64,000 nucleotides of DNA, from positions 310,001 to 374,000 of the forward strand of contig QPMI01000432.1 in assembly GCA_004431415.1 (NCBI GenBank), read 5' to 3'. Positions 11,803 through 23,869 of this stretch are shown in pieces. Each line of letters starts with the position of its first letter. Position 1 is the stretch's first letter. Below the pieces are notes generated by a model. That model was given only the letters and a program-made list of their open reading frames with translations. It was not told where the DNA came from and searched no databases. Made by a program: the position numbers and the translations under genes. The stretch comes from Cyanophora paradoxa CCMP329 (Eukaryota > Plantae > Glaucophyta).

Positions 11803-13560
11803 CTACCTAAGGGCCGAGCGGGCGAGGGCGCGGATGCGGTGGAAGTCCACCGAGTACCAGGGGTGCCACTCCGGGTACAGCAGCAGATCCGGGTCCTGCA
11901 GCCGGGTGAGGAGAAGAATAGGATTGAGCCCGGGGGGGTACGTGGCACGCACGGAGCCGGGGAGGGAGAGCTGGCGGACGAGGGCGGGGGCGTCGCGGTC
12001 GCCGCCCAGTACCCCCCCGTCCGCAAGCTCGATCATCTCCTCCGTCGAGTGGGGGCCGTAGACCTCCCCCTCGCCCCCCGCATCCTGCCGCCCCGCCCCG
12101 CGCGGTCGTACCCCCGCTCGGGGGGGGGGAAAGGAGGGAGCGGGGGCCAGGGGGGTACGCGCACGAAGCAGAACTCCCAGAGGAGGGGGTCGAAGCTCGC
12201 GAGGCCGTACTCGTCCACGGCGCCCATGCCCACGGGCCTGCCCCGCCGCTCAGCGGGCGGATACGAGGCGGGAAAGGGGGGTACAAGGAAGGGGAGCGCA
12301 CCGCGTGCTGGGGCGCCTGTAGGGCGCCGGCCCGCCGCTGCCCTCCGCGTTGCTGTTCCCTGCGCCCGCGCCCGCCCCAGCGCCCCCCTCGTCGGAAACC
12401 GGGAGCGACGAGCCTCCGGTGGCGGGGCGCCCGTGCGCACCCGAGGCGGCGGGGCGGGCGCCGGCGCCGGCGCCGGCGCCCGAGCCGGCGAGCGGGGAGC
12501 CGTCGGGCCAGTCGAGGACGAGGTGGCGCCCCTGAGGCCAGTGCGGCTTCTGAAGGAAGAGGGGGCCCGTCGGACGCGGGGGGGGGGGGGGGGGGGGGGC
12601 GGCCCCGGGGGGGTACGCACGTGCTCCTCGCGGGGTTTCACGGGCGCCCGCCACAGCTCCGGGTCCGAGGGGCCCGCCTTGCCCGCCTTGCCCCCCGCCG
12701 CCGGCGGGGGCGGCCTGGGGGGCAGCCCGTGCGAGGGGCCGGGCCCGGGCAGCGGCGGGAGCACGGCCGCTGACGAGGCGTCAGGGCCGCAGCCGTGCAA
12801 GAGAAGAAGAAGAAGAAGTGCTAGCAAAGGCACCGAGGCCGGCGAGGCTCCCGCCCATGAGGTCGATGGCCCCGGCGCCCCCGGGGGCCTCCTCGACGCC
12901 CACGGCGACCTCGTGCAGGCTCGCCGCCGAGCGCGTCCCGTCGCTGAAGCTGCTCCGCGCCCTAACGAACGAAGTTAGGCGGGCGGGCGGGCGGGCGGGC
13001 CCGGGGCCGGCTTCAGCTTCGGGGGCCCCGCGGCGGCGCACGTGACTGCCGTGGGCGTCGACCCGGTGCTCCCGCTCGCGTCGGGCGGCGCCACGGAGAG
13101 GAAGGGGCCGGGCGGGGTCGTCCTGTCCCCGGGGGCGAGGCGGGAGGCCGCGACGCGCAGCGCGGGGGGCGCCTCGCCGTCCTCCGCCCCCGCGCAGGCG
13201 CCGAGCCCGACGGCCGCCTCCCAGCTCATCCGGCCCGGCGGGAGGATCTGCGTCACGGGCAGCGTGCACTCCGCCTGCGCCTGCGGGGCCCTCGCGTGAG
13301 CTCGCGCGTGGTTGAAGCTGAAGGGATGGGCCGCCGCCGCCGCGGCCTGGCGTGCCTTTCCCTTCGCGTCCTCCACGGCGAACCGGACGAGCAGGCTCTC
13401 CGCCTGCGCGTCGGCCAGTTCGAAGCGCGCCCGCGCCGCCCCGTCGTCCGCATTGCCAGCACTGCCCCGGCGCGCCAGTCAAGGGCTCCGAACCGACAAA
13501 GCGCGCCGCGCGCCGGGGCGGGCGCAGGTACCTGGATTGGAGCACGATGCCGTTTCCGGT
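11803..13560 (-). CDS. Hypothetical protein with a degenerate C-terminal GYF-like domain; 5' end uncertain
   Basis: Spliced WEFCFVR|DAGGEGEVYGPHSTEEMIELADGGVL...ALVRQL...WYSVDF resembles the CD2BP2-type GYF pattern (WEY...YGPF...M..W...GYF...DF). Confidence 0.45.
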
Positions 13561-14249
13561 GACGAGGGACGCCCGTATCAGCGTCCGCGACCGGCGGCTA
13601 AACAGTCTGCGTTCGTGGCGCGGTCGGGCCCGGGCTTGCTCTAGCTGGGCCGGGACGGCAGGGTCCGGCGCACCCTCGCTTCGGCTTGGACCTCTCGGTG
13701 TACGATATCTCTAGCTGGAGGATCATCGGGACGCGCAGCGGGCGACCAGCGTCCGCCGGTCACCGACCGGGCGCCTGGCCCCGCGCCGGCTCCAGCACCC
13801 CGTACGCAACTCTGGCGGCTCGGCCAGCTTGTCCTAGGCCTGCGCCTGCGTGCGGGCGCCGTCCGGCGAAGAAGGCAAGGTGCGCAGTACCCGGCTGCCG
13901 TCGCTCCCCAGGCCTCAGCTCCACCCCCCCAATCTGAGTGTCCGTGCTTCTGATTGGACACCTACAACTCTTTCTCCCCCCCCCTTTGCCGATCGAGCTG
14001 CGCAGGCCCTCCTTGGACCTGCCATCCACGCGTACCCATTCCGCACGGAGCACCACGAAGGAGCGTCCAGCAGCTGCAGGCGACTGACGCGCTCAGCAGC
14101 GCCGCAGCCGAGCCCTTCTCCATCCATTTTTACGTAGGAAGCCCCAGCGGGAGCTCGACTCGGCGGTCTGACCGGCTGGGAGGCGCCGAAAGGGAAGCCG
14201 GCCACGGCGGATCGTGCCGAGCTCCGGGGGCGTTGGCCTTGGCTTCGCA

Positions 14250-16588
14250 ATGGCGGCGCCAACGACAGCCAGCACCTCGCCCGCGGCGACTGAGACACAA
14301 TATGTGAAGCTGCCCGGCAGCGATGGTCCGGCCCCCGGGCGCCCGGCCCACTCGGCGCGAGGCTCACTCTTGCGCAGTGTCGATCCCCGTGACGGTGTAC
14401 AAAGGCTCGGAGAGCGATGAGGACCCCGCGTTCAAGGTGCAGATCTTCGGGGACAAGAACTACGAGGGCGCGACAGCCATCGCGGGGCCGGGCCAGACGA
14501 AGCTGCCCTACCCGTTCGCGGGCGATGTCGAGTCGCTCATCGTGCCGACGGGCATGAAGGCGACGCTCTACCAGAACTGTGCGCGGCGCGAGCGCACCGC
14601 GCGACGGGCCGGGCCGCGGCTGACCCGCCCGCCCGCCCGCAGCGGACTGCACGGGCGTGCGGCAAGAGTTCGGCGAAGGCAGCCACCCGAGCGCGGGCCA
14701 CAACGGGAAGCTGATGCCGCTGTGCATCCGCGTGAGCCGTGCGCCCCCGCCTGCCCGCCCGCCACCCGGCGCCGCGCCGCCCTCCAGCTGAGCGCGGGGC
14801 GCGCGCAGCCTTCGTGAAGGTGGACGCGGCGGCGGGGACGAAGCTGCTGGACGTGGGCCACCACGAGCTGGAGGGGGCGTGCGGCGTGCCGCCCATCAAC
14901 CGCATCGACGTGCCAAAGGGCCGCGAGGCGCTCGTGCAGCAGTGCGAGAAGCACTACTCGCTCGCCGCCGGCTCCTTCCGCAACGTCGAGGAGGCCTTCG
15001 GCGTCCGCAAGGTCTGCGTCGACGTCCTCGGTGCGCCCGCGTGCCCCGGCCCGGCCCCCGGCCCCGCCCCCGCTCCCGCCCCCGTCCCCAGCCGGGCGTC
15101 GCCAACCGAGGCCGGCGGCGGCCGGGCGCAGACACGGGCGACGCGAAGCCTGACAGCCTGGACCCGAACAGTGCGCCGTCTTTCACGCGTCCATTGCGCT
15201 CTTGCGCCCAGCATGCCTTCGCTGGCGGCGCTTCTGGGTGCGGGTTGCTGACCCCGCGCCCTCCCCGCCCCGCGCGCAGAGTGCCCGGTGAAGATGCCGG
15301 CGAAGCCGACCATCTTCACGGGGATGTTCTTCGGCGGGCACAAGTTCTCCTTCGACGAGGGCGAGCGCCTCCCGACCCCGCCCCGCACGGCCCAGGCCTC
15401 GGCTCACCTCGCCCCGCCCCGCCTCGCCTCGGCCGCGCAGGCAAGCACGCCCTGACCGACCCCGCCATCAAGTGCTTCAACTCCTCCCTCATCATCCCCG
15501 GTGCGCCTGCGCGCGGCGCGGCGCGCTGTCGGGTCGGCGGGGATGCGATGGGATAGGTTGGTAGAGGGGTCTTGGTGCCTCTCAGATAGCGAGAGAGTCA
15601 GTTTGAGTCCCGCTTCTCACGCGCCTCTGCCGCGGGGCGGGCTGTGCAGACGGGTACCTGGTGACGATGTTCACGCGGCCGGACTGCACGGGGTACAGCG
15701 CGCAGTACGTGCCGGGGTGCAAGTCGAGCACCTCGGGGGACCTCTTCACCCAGGCCCAGTGCATCATGGTGCGCGCGGCCCGCCCCCGCCACGGCCCCGC
15801 CAAGCTGAGCGGCCCCCTCCCGCGCGGACAGGTGGACAAGCTGAACGGGGCGCCGCTGCCGACGTTCGGCGGGGGCGGCTTCCCCGGCAGCGCCAACTAC
15901 CTCTCCACCGCCGTGCGCCCGCCCCGTGGGGGCGCTAGAGCGCGGGCCGGCGGGCGCTGGGGGTGTTAGTTTTAGTGGCGCTAGAGGTGTAAGTTTTAGT
16001 GTTGTTAGCTTCGGGATCCCCACGCGCCTCGTTGGGCGAGGGAGAGCTCCTGGCGCCGCCCCGAGGGCCCGCGCTGACCCGCCCCTGCCCGTGCCCCCGT
16101 CGAGCAGAAGGCGGTGGGCATCAGCCTCGCGGAGGCCCAGTCCATCGGCAACACCGGCGAGGTCCGCCCCCGCCCCCGCCCGGCCCCTTGAGAGGGCGGC
16201 CCGGCTCACGCGCTCGCTTGCGAAGATCCTCGTCAAGGCGGACGAGTCGGCGCTGGACGTAACGGGCGAGTGGAAGGACGCCGAGAAGCCCCGCGTCGAG
16301 GCCTCCGAGGAGCAGGAGCAGGAGCCCCTCCCCGCCGCCGAGAGCTCCTACGAAGCCGGCGCCGCCGCGGCGGCGGCGGCGGCGGGTGACGGCGGCGACG
16401 CCGGCTACGTCTACGTCGAGGTGCGGTACCCCGCCCCCGCGTCTGGCGGCCCCGGTAGCCCCCGTGCCGACGCGCTTCGTTCGCAGGACGTGTCGGAGGA
16501 GATGATGGCGGCGCTGGCGGGGGGTACGGGGGCCGAGGCGGGGGGGCACGCCTCCTCCGACTGGATGGACGACCTCGCGTCCGAGTGA
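14250..16588 (+). CDS. Beta/gamma-crystallin-domain-containing protein, multi-exon, acidic tail
   Basis: VQIFGDKNYEG...GDVESLIVPTGMKATLYQN|SDCTG and TIFTGMFFGG...NSSLIIP|DGYLVTMFTRPDCTG match Greek-key beta/gamma-crystallin motifs (FxxxxFxG ... SxxVPxG ... LY). Confidence 0.6.
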
Positions 16589-17264
16589 CGGGCGGGCGGG
16601 GCCCAGAGGAGCCCTCTGGGCGCAGGCAGCGCTAGCGGTAGTCAGATTAGGTCGCGTGCACACGCTCAGCCTATTAACTAGCAGAAGTTATTCTAATTTA
16701 ACCCACCAGAACTCGAAGCCAAAGCGTGTCGCGAAGCAGGACCGGACAAGATGCGCGGACAGACGTCGACCCTGATCATGAGACCCTGAGATCGAGGCCT
16801 AGGGGCCGGAAGTTCGAGGCGACGAGGTCGGCATCACTGAGTCATGGCCGGCATTAACGTTGACTCAGCAACGACTTCGACGAGATGCATGCGAAAGCAT
16901 GCTCATGTATACGTGCGCGCAGATCTAGATCACCATAGCATTTGCTACCTAGTACGAAGGTAAACGTTAACGTTCATTATCGATGTCAGCCCCGGGCCCC
17001 CGCCCATCCCAATATTTGTGAGGCACCTCCCGCGGCCGAGGCTCGCAAATGAGCATGCCATGATGCGTATGCAGTCTCAGAGTCTGCGAACGTGAATTCA
17101 CACACACATGTATACCCTGATTTAGAATCCGATCCCGGCCCAGAAGAGACCCGCAATACGTGCAGCGCAAGAAGAGACATTCGAAGTTTGCAAATATTAT
17201 GTGACAAATCAAGTACATGTTGCGAAGAGACAGCAACTACCGTAGACCACAAGTCATTGTGGTC

Positions 17265-19090
17265 GAGCTCAAAATCGACGAATCGAAAGCAGAACGGAAC
17301 TAGAGCAGACTACGGTTCGAGGAGCAGACGCTTAATAGCCGCGGACGGGGGCGGCGATGGAGTAGCCCGGGCCCGAGGGGACGGGGCGGGTCTGGGGCGC
17401 GGTGTAGCCGCCGGCGGGGCGGGCCGCGATGCTGTAGCCGGGGCCCGAGGGGACGGGGGTGGTGGAGCGCTGGGGGGAGACGTTGGTGGGGCGGGACGCG
17501 ATGCTGTAGCCCGAGCCGGAGAAGTTGGAGCCCGAGGTCGGGACGTACGAGCTGGCGCCGCCAGCGGGGCTGGCGATCGAGAACGAGCTCGAGGAGCTCG
17601 AGCCGTACGACGAGGAGGACGAGCCGTACGAGGACGAGGACGACGACGAGTAGCCGTGGTTGATGGGCTTGGCGCTGTAAGACGACGAGCTCGACGACGA
17701 GTAGCCGTGGTTGATCGGCTTGGTCGAGTAGCCGTGGTTGATCTGGCCCGAGCCCGACGACGAGTAGCCGTGGTTGATCTGGCCAGACGAGCCGTAGCTG
17801 GACGAGCTCGGGGCGCTGTAGCTCGGGGCCGGGGCGCTGTAGCTCGGGGCCGGCGCCGAGTAGGACGCGGGCGCGCTGTAGCTAGTCGACGAGTACGAGC
17901 CCGGCTTGGACGCGATCGCTGCGCGCCGACCGTCAGCGCTGCGACGCGGGGCGGGGGCGGGGCGGGGCGGGCGGGCGGGCGCACAGTAGCCGGGGCCGGA
18001 CGGGGTCTGCTGGGTGCGCGGGGGCGAGATCGAGGTCGGGCGCGACGCGATGCTGTAGCCCGGGCCCGAGGGGATCACGGTGGTCGAGCGCGGGGGCGAG
18101 ATGCCGCCGGCCGGCTTCGAGGCGATCGCTGCGGCCAAAGTGAGCGGCGGCGCGCGGCGCGGGCGGGCGGGCGGCGGGGCGGGGCGCACAGTAGCCGGAG
18201 CCGAACGAGCCGGACGACGAGTAGCCGTGGTTGATCGGCTTGGCGCTGTAGGACGACGACACCGGGGCCGCGATGGAGGAGGTCGCCGAGTACGAGGCGG
18301 CCGGGGCGGCGTACGAGGAGGACGAGCCGTAGGCCGGCTCCGCGTACGAGGACGAGCCGTACGACGCGGGCGAGCCGCCGACGGCGCGGACGGCGTCGTC
18401 GACGGAGTCGGCGGCGGTGTCCAGGGCGCGCGCAGCCGAGCCGACGGCGTCCTTGGTCGCGTCCAGAGCGCGCGACGCGCCCTTGAGCGCCGACGACGCG
18501 GTCGAGAGCGCGGTCTCAACCTGCTTCATGCCTGCGCGCGCGACGCTCCGATGTCATTGCGCGCGCAGGGGCCACGTGCGCGCCCCCGGCTCGCTGCCTC
18601 ACCGTTGGCCTGGACCGAGAAGGTAATCTCGGCATCAGCAACGAACTTGCGCTCAGTGCTGAACTGGTGGGCCGCGCGCGCCGGGCGCTGCTTCAGGAGC
18701 GCCGCGACGTTCGAGGTCGCCGGGCGGGCGACGACGGGCGCGCCGCGGGTGGAGATGGTGGCCGGGGCCGCAACGACGAACGCGGGGGCCATGGTGTCCT
18801 AGGCTGGCTGCGGCTGCTAGAAGGTCGAACGAACGAGTGTGAGCACCAAGGCACCAAGGCCGAGTTTTGGTACCGGCGCCCCATGGCATTATTGTCCCAA
18901 TGAACCGGCGGGCTGTACCCTGGCGCCGTTGCAACTGGCCGGCTTGCAAAACATCATTGCCGCGTCGAATATAGTGGGTTTCGCCGCAGCCGAAATTCGA
19001 ACCCCGTGCGCGCGCGAGACGTTGGCGCGCGCTCGATCGATCCGGTCCCGGCCTCTGCGCGCGCTGTAGCGCTAGCTAGCGCTAGCGCCG
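17265..19090. repeat. Left arm of a ~1.8 kb inverted segmental duplication (partner 26165-28015)
   Basis: Reverse complement matches 26165-28015 across the CDS, introns, ~300 nt of upstream sequence and part of the 3' UTR. Arm ends are approximate. Confidence 0.9.
17332..18792 (-). CDS. Plastid-targeted Ser/Gly/Tyr/Pro-rich repeat protein, copy A (4 exons)
   Basis: Transit-peptide-like exon 1 (MAPAFVVAAPATISTRG...FSVQAN), heptad-pattern helix, then GYSIA and INHGY repeats. Near-identical to 26455-27914. Confidence 0.85.
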
Positions 19091-19349
19091 CGGCGCGCGC
19101 CGCGCGCTCGATCATCGGATTAGCTGCAGCCTGCAGCTGCGCATTCGCGCATGCGCCAGCTGCGGCGGCTGCGGCGCATTTGCATGCTGCGCTGCGACGC
19201 GCTATGTTCCGCGTCCGCGCGGCCCCCGCCGCGGCACTGGAATACGTCGAATTCAAACTGCGGTCTTGAAAATCCTGGTACAAAGCAGCCTAGCTGTGGA
19301 CTCGAGCTAGCTAGCACGCGCTGCGCACGCTGCAGTCTGCAGCCTGTAT

Positions 19350-22184
19350 CTAGATGGTGAGGTCCTTTGCGGGGTCCTTCCGCGGCGGGGGCGCGGGGAG
19401 GGGCACGCCGCCGCCGCCGGCGGGGGCGGCCTTGGCGGGGGGCGGGGGCGGGGCCCCGTTGGGGGCGGCGTGCGAGCCGTTGGACTCCTGCGCGGCGCCG
19501 CCAGCCTTGTGGCCGCCCTCCGAAGTGAACGAGCCCCAGCGGTCGGCCTGCGTGCCGCGGGGGGCCTCAGGGCCACCGCGGCGCTGGGCGGGCGGGCGGG
19601 CGGGGCGGGGGGCGGGGGGACGGACGACGATGGCGGCGGCGGCGGCGGCGCCGTCCTCGGTGCGGACGCGGGTGCCGAAGGACTCGGCCGCCTTCTTGAT
19701 CTCCTCGTTCGCGAAGAGGGCCTTGAGGAGGATCTGGCACTTGGCGATGCAGAAGCCCTTCAGCCCGTACGGGTGCCAGCCCACCTGCCAGGTCAGGCAG
19801 CAAGCTGCGTCAGGGGGAGGGCGGAGGCGGGGGCCGGGCCGGCGGGCGGGCGGGCGGGCGGGCGCGCCTTGAGGCGCTCGACGAGGGCGCCCCAGAAGAT
19901 TTGATCCGTGGTGCGCCCGCTCATGACGAAGTCGTTGGGGAGGACCACCACGGGTCGCCCCGCGTGCAGCGCCGCCTGCACCGTCCCCGCCCCTGCGCGC
20001 CCCGCCCGTTGTTGGCCCGCTGGCGGCCGCGGGGCGAAGGGCGGAGAGCGCGCACCGCCGTGGCAGATGACTGCGGCGCACTTGGGGAAGAGCCAGTCGT
20101 GGGGCACCGGCGACGTCAGCGGGTGCACGTTCGGCTGCCGCGCGCGCCGCCGCGTGAGTGAGGGCGCGCCGCGAGGCAGAGCAGGGCGGGGCCCGCGCGC
20201 ACGGGGATCCTGCAGTTGAGGTACTGGGGTGGCGCGCGGGGCCTCAGCGGCGGGGCGGGGGCGCGTGGGGCGCGCGGGAGCGAGGGAGTCAGGGGGGCAC
20301 CTTCTTGTCGCACTGCGGGGGCGGTCAGCGAAGGAGCGAGCGGCGGGGGCGGGGGGCCCGAGCGGGCTCGCCTGGAGGACGGTCCGGTAGGCGGGGCCCA
20401 TGTTGCCGAGCACGTCGCAGAAGATCTCGTTCAGCGCGCACCGCCGCCCCTCTCCGGGGATCGCGTGCTGCCCGCCCGCCCAGCTGAGCGCGGCGCGGCG
20501 CGGCGCGGCGGGCCGGGCGAGCGGGGCCGCACGCACGTGGGCGCTGCCGAAGCCGATGTAGATGGGCGGCTCGCCGGCGTTCAGGAACTGCAGCAGGTGG
20601 TCCTTCGGGCCTGTCCGGCGCGTCATGGGCCAGGCCGCGCGCCCACGCAAGGAGGAGGCGGCCGGCGGGCGGACCCGGCGTGTAGAGGGCGGCCTCGCGG
20701 AGCGTGGAGGGGCCCACGATGTGCCTGAGGGGCCACCGCGTCAGCTCGGGCGGCCCGCGGCGGCCGGGGCGGGCGGTGCGCGCTCGTTGGGCCGCCAGTC
20801 GAGGGGCTTGGGGATGAGGGCCGAGCTGATGAGGTGCATCACGGGGACGTTCTTCGTGCGGAAGACTGCGCGGCTCGTTAGAACGGCGCCGGCTGGCCCC
20901 GCGAGGCCCCGCGCACTGGCGGTGGGGCTGGTGTCGAGGGGGAGGGCGGGGAGGCCGTTCTGCGGGGGGAGCGGGCCGGTGGGCGGGGGCCGCGGCGGGG
21001 TACGCGGAGGGCGGCGCGGGTACACTCACGTCCTTGCGGCGCTGGTTGACGAAGTCGAACCAGAGGAAGTACCACTGGAACTTCTGCAGGCGGCGGGACG
21101 CGCGCGTCACGCCGCGCCGCAATGCCGTTCTGGCCTGGGTACACCGCACCGAGAACCACTTCCACTTGAGGCCGTTCAGGAACTTCAGACGGGATTGCTG
21201 CGCGGCCGTGAGCGGAGATGCGCGCGGCGCAGGCGCAGGCGCAGGCGCGGCCGCGCACCCCGTCGCCGTAGCCTGCAGGAGCGCGGCGCGGCGGCAGTGT
21301 CAGAGCGCGCGCGCGGTCGGGCGAGCGGGGGTACAGAAAAAGCACGCACCGATCGGGGGGGCGAAGGCGCTGGTGGGGCACATGGGGATGGTGAAGAGAA
21401 CGAAGTAGGGGATCTTGAGGATGTCGGCGATGCTCGGGCCGTAGTAGCTCGCCGGCGTGTTGAGCCCGAGGATGTCCGGATTCCAGCTCTTAGCTGCCGC
21501 TAGAGTACCTGCGCCCGCGTCAGCGCGCCGCTTCGCCCGCCGCCAACCTTCCCGCGCGGGGGCCACTTGCCGTCCCACCACTCTGCGGGCGGCGGAGTCA
21601 GCGGCGCGGCGGGCGGTGTCGCACTCTAGCTGCCGAGAGCTGCTTATGCAGGCAGGCATCTGAGCTAGTGCAAGCTGGGAAGTTCAGCGGTCTGACGAAC
21701 CATGCATCAGCGGCCTGAGGAATCCCTTCGTGCGCGCGTCGCGATTCCACCAGCTCGCATCCTAAACGAAGACAGAGCGATTAGATAACGCACGCAGCCT
21801 CCGCTCAGGCGTGGATGGCGCTTCGCTCATGGGCGCCGAGCGCACCTCCAGCTGACGCCCGGATGGCTTCTCCAGCGCGCTGACCTCATCGCCGCCCACT
21901 GCATGCCGCTGTGAGACGACTGGGAGCGACGAGGCGCGTGCGTGCGGCCCAGCGCGCCTTCGAAATGAACCAGGCCGTGCCTCTCCACAAGCGCCTTGTA
22001 GTCCTTGTGGGCCGCGACGCAGACCTGAAAACGATCAATTCAGCACATTTAAATCTCTTCCGCCTCGAAGCGCCCGCGAATCGCAGACCTCGAAACCACC
22101 CGTCTTCCGCAGAGCGACGCCGACCGCGGCGACGCCTTGGACCTCGCCGCGTGGCCCGACGGCCACGAGCAGAACCCGCGGCAT
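19350..22184 (-). CDS. Sterol 3-beta-glucosyltransferase-like GT-B glycosyltransferase (UGT80/ATG26/GT28-N type), multi-exon; start may lie further upstream
   Basis: RVLLVAVGPRGEVQ, VCVAAHKDYKALVERHGL, FTIPMCPTSAF, LIPKPLDW, FLNAGEPPIYIGFGS, VPHDWLFPKCAAVICHGG|AGTVQAALHAGRPVVVLP, DQIFWG. Confidence 0.88.
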
Positions 22185-22699
22185 GTCGCGGGGCTCCTTC
22201 CTCGGCGATTCCGCTAGGCCGACGGGGGGTACTCTGCTTTGTGAGAATGGGAACGTATGAACTTGGGCGCTCCGGCGCTCACGCTCCCGGGCTCGAGCTC
22301 TGCATCAGATCTTTAGCTCTTACACGCCCGCGGCGCCATCCGAAGCACATCTCGCACTAAAAACTAAGCAACTAAGCTGCAACTTCCAGCGCGGGGTACG
22401 CTCGCTTGAGGGTCCAACCATGGAGTGAGGCCCCCGAGCCGAGGAACGACCCCTCAGGCGATCCAGGGGGCTCATGCCGGTCGCGCTCGCCCGTGCGCCG
22501 CGCCGGCCCAGCATCTGATCGTTGCTGATTTCCGCGCTGACGTCGACCACGGCTAGGCTCCGGCGTTTCGGCGAGCGATGTTAGCGAACTATGGAGCGCG
22601 CTGGAATTGCTTGCGAAGCGCATGGATCGCGCGGAGAGGCGCCTCCCCAGACCTGCGCAGGTCTGCCAGCCCGCAGAGGCTGCAGCCCCGGAAAGCTCA

Positions 22700-23570
22700 C
22701 TTGTGCGCAGATCTCAATGATGAGGCGAGCTCTCACATTGTACACGTACGCCCCGCCCCGCTTCTGACGCCCTGCGCAGCAACCTCCTCGTTGGTGCACG
22801 AGCACGAGGCGCCGGCTCGCCCGCGACGCGCGACCTGACCTTGCTTTCTTGCCAGGCGTATGGGTTTTCCTCTCGCGGTACGAGGTGTACATCCGCCGGA
22901 GCAACCGCACGAGGGGCTGGGCGAGCAAGGTCTGCGGGGCTCCCTCGCCGCGCCCCTCTCTGCAAGCAGTCTTGACGCTACCCCCGCAGTTCCTCCCCCC
23001 TTCGCTCAAGCCCTCTGACTCCTTCTCGGCGGTCGTCTTCGAGGGATACGTGCACGCGCTCCTGCGCAGCTTCCCGTTCTTCATCAGCGCCTACCTCCTG
23101 ACTCGGTCCGCCTGCTCTTCCCTCGCTCCAGCCCCTCTCTGCTGCTCGTGACCTGATGCTTCATGCACGGGGCAGACCACAGCGCTGGAAGCGCAGCCTG
23201 GCCTACTGGCTCGCGGCCACTGTGTCCCTCTATTTCGGTGCTCGCGGCCCCCGCCCTCTGCACTTCCCTCATCATTCGCCCATGTGACCTTGCCTCCAGG
23301 CCTGTTCTCCAAGGTCGCGCCCTGGGTACGCAGGAGCTCCAGCGCATCCCGCGGCGCGCCGCAGCGCGCACAGTCCTTCGACCTGATCATGACGCGCGCG
23401 GCAGTGCTTCCACTTCAACTTCTTCATCACCGTCGCCCTCAACTCGTCCCGCATCACGAAGTGGATCGGCGGGCTCCTCTAATTGAAACGAGTGCTCGCG
23501 GCGTACGCAGTTGCACAAAACGTGTACAGTTTCGCAGTTTCCAGATCGTCTTGCTATGTACTCTGTAAAT
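22700..23570 (+). CDS. Probable coding exons of an unidentified hydrophobic protein (or the 5' part of the downstream kinase-like gene)
   Basis: Short exon-like segments bounded by CAG/GT (e.g. VWVFLSRYEVYIRR, WKRSLAYWLAAT, CFHFNFFITVALNSSRITKWIGGLLIET). No family recognised. Confidence 0.3.
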
Positions 23571-23869
23571 CAAAAAGACGCTCATGATCAGCTGGAGCCT
23601 CGTCCACAGCGCGTTGGCTGAGTGACGCCGGCTGCGCAGCTCCACCTCAGCGCGTTGGTCGCCCCCCTGAAGGCGCCTATCCCCCTCCTCCATCCCCTCC
23701 TCCTTCCTGGCGCCCGGCCGACTCCCTTCTGACCCGCACCGCAGCTGGAAGGCGTGTTCTTCTGAGGCCGGCCGCTTGATTATCGGGCTCGGGCCGGCTC
23801 GGACTAATGCGCGCACTAATGCGGGCTCGCCCGTACCCCCCCCCCCCCCCCCCCTTCTTCCTCCGCCAG

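Noticed and set aside
11582-12061. 159-aa + strand ORF
   Set aside because: Spans an AT-rich intergenic islet and the antisense of the GYF-like exon. No coding signature.
17092-18234. 380-aa + strand ORF with RRRVAVVD repeats
   Set aside because: Antisense reading of the INHGY/GYSIA repeat gene.
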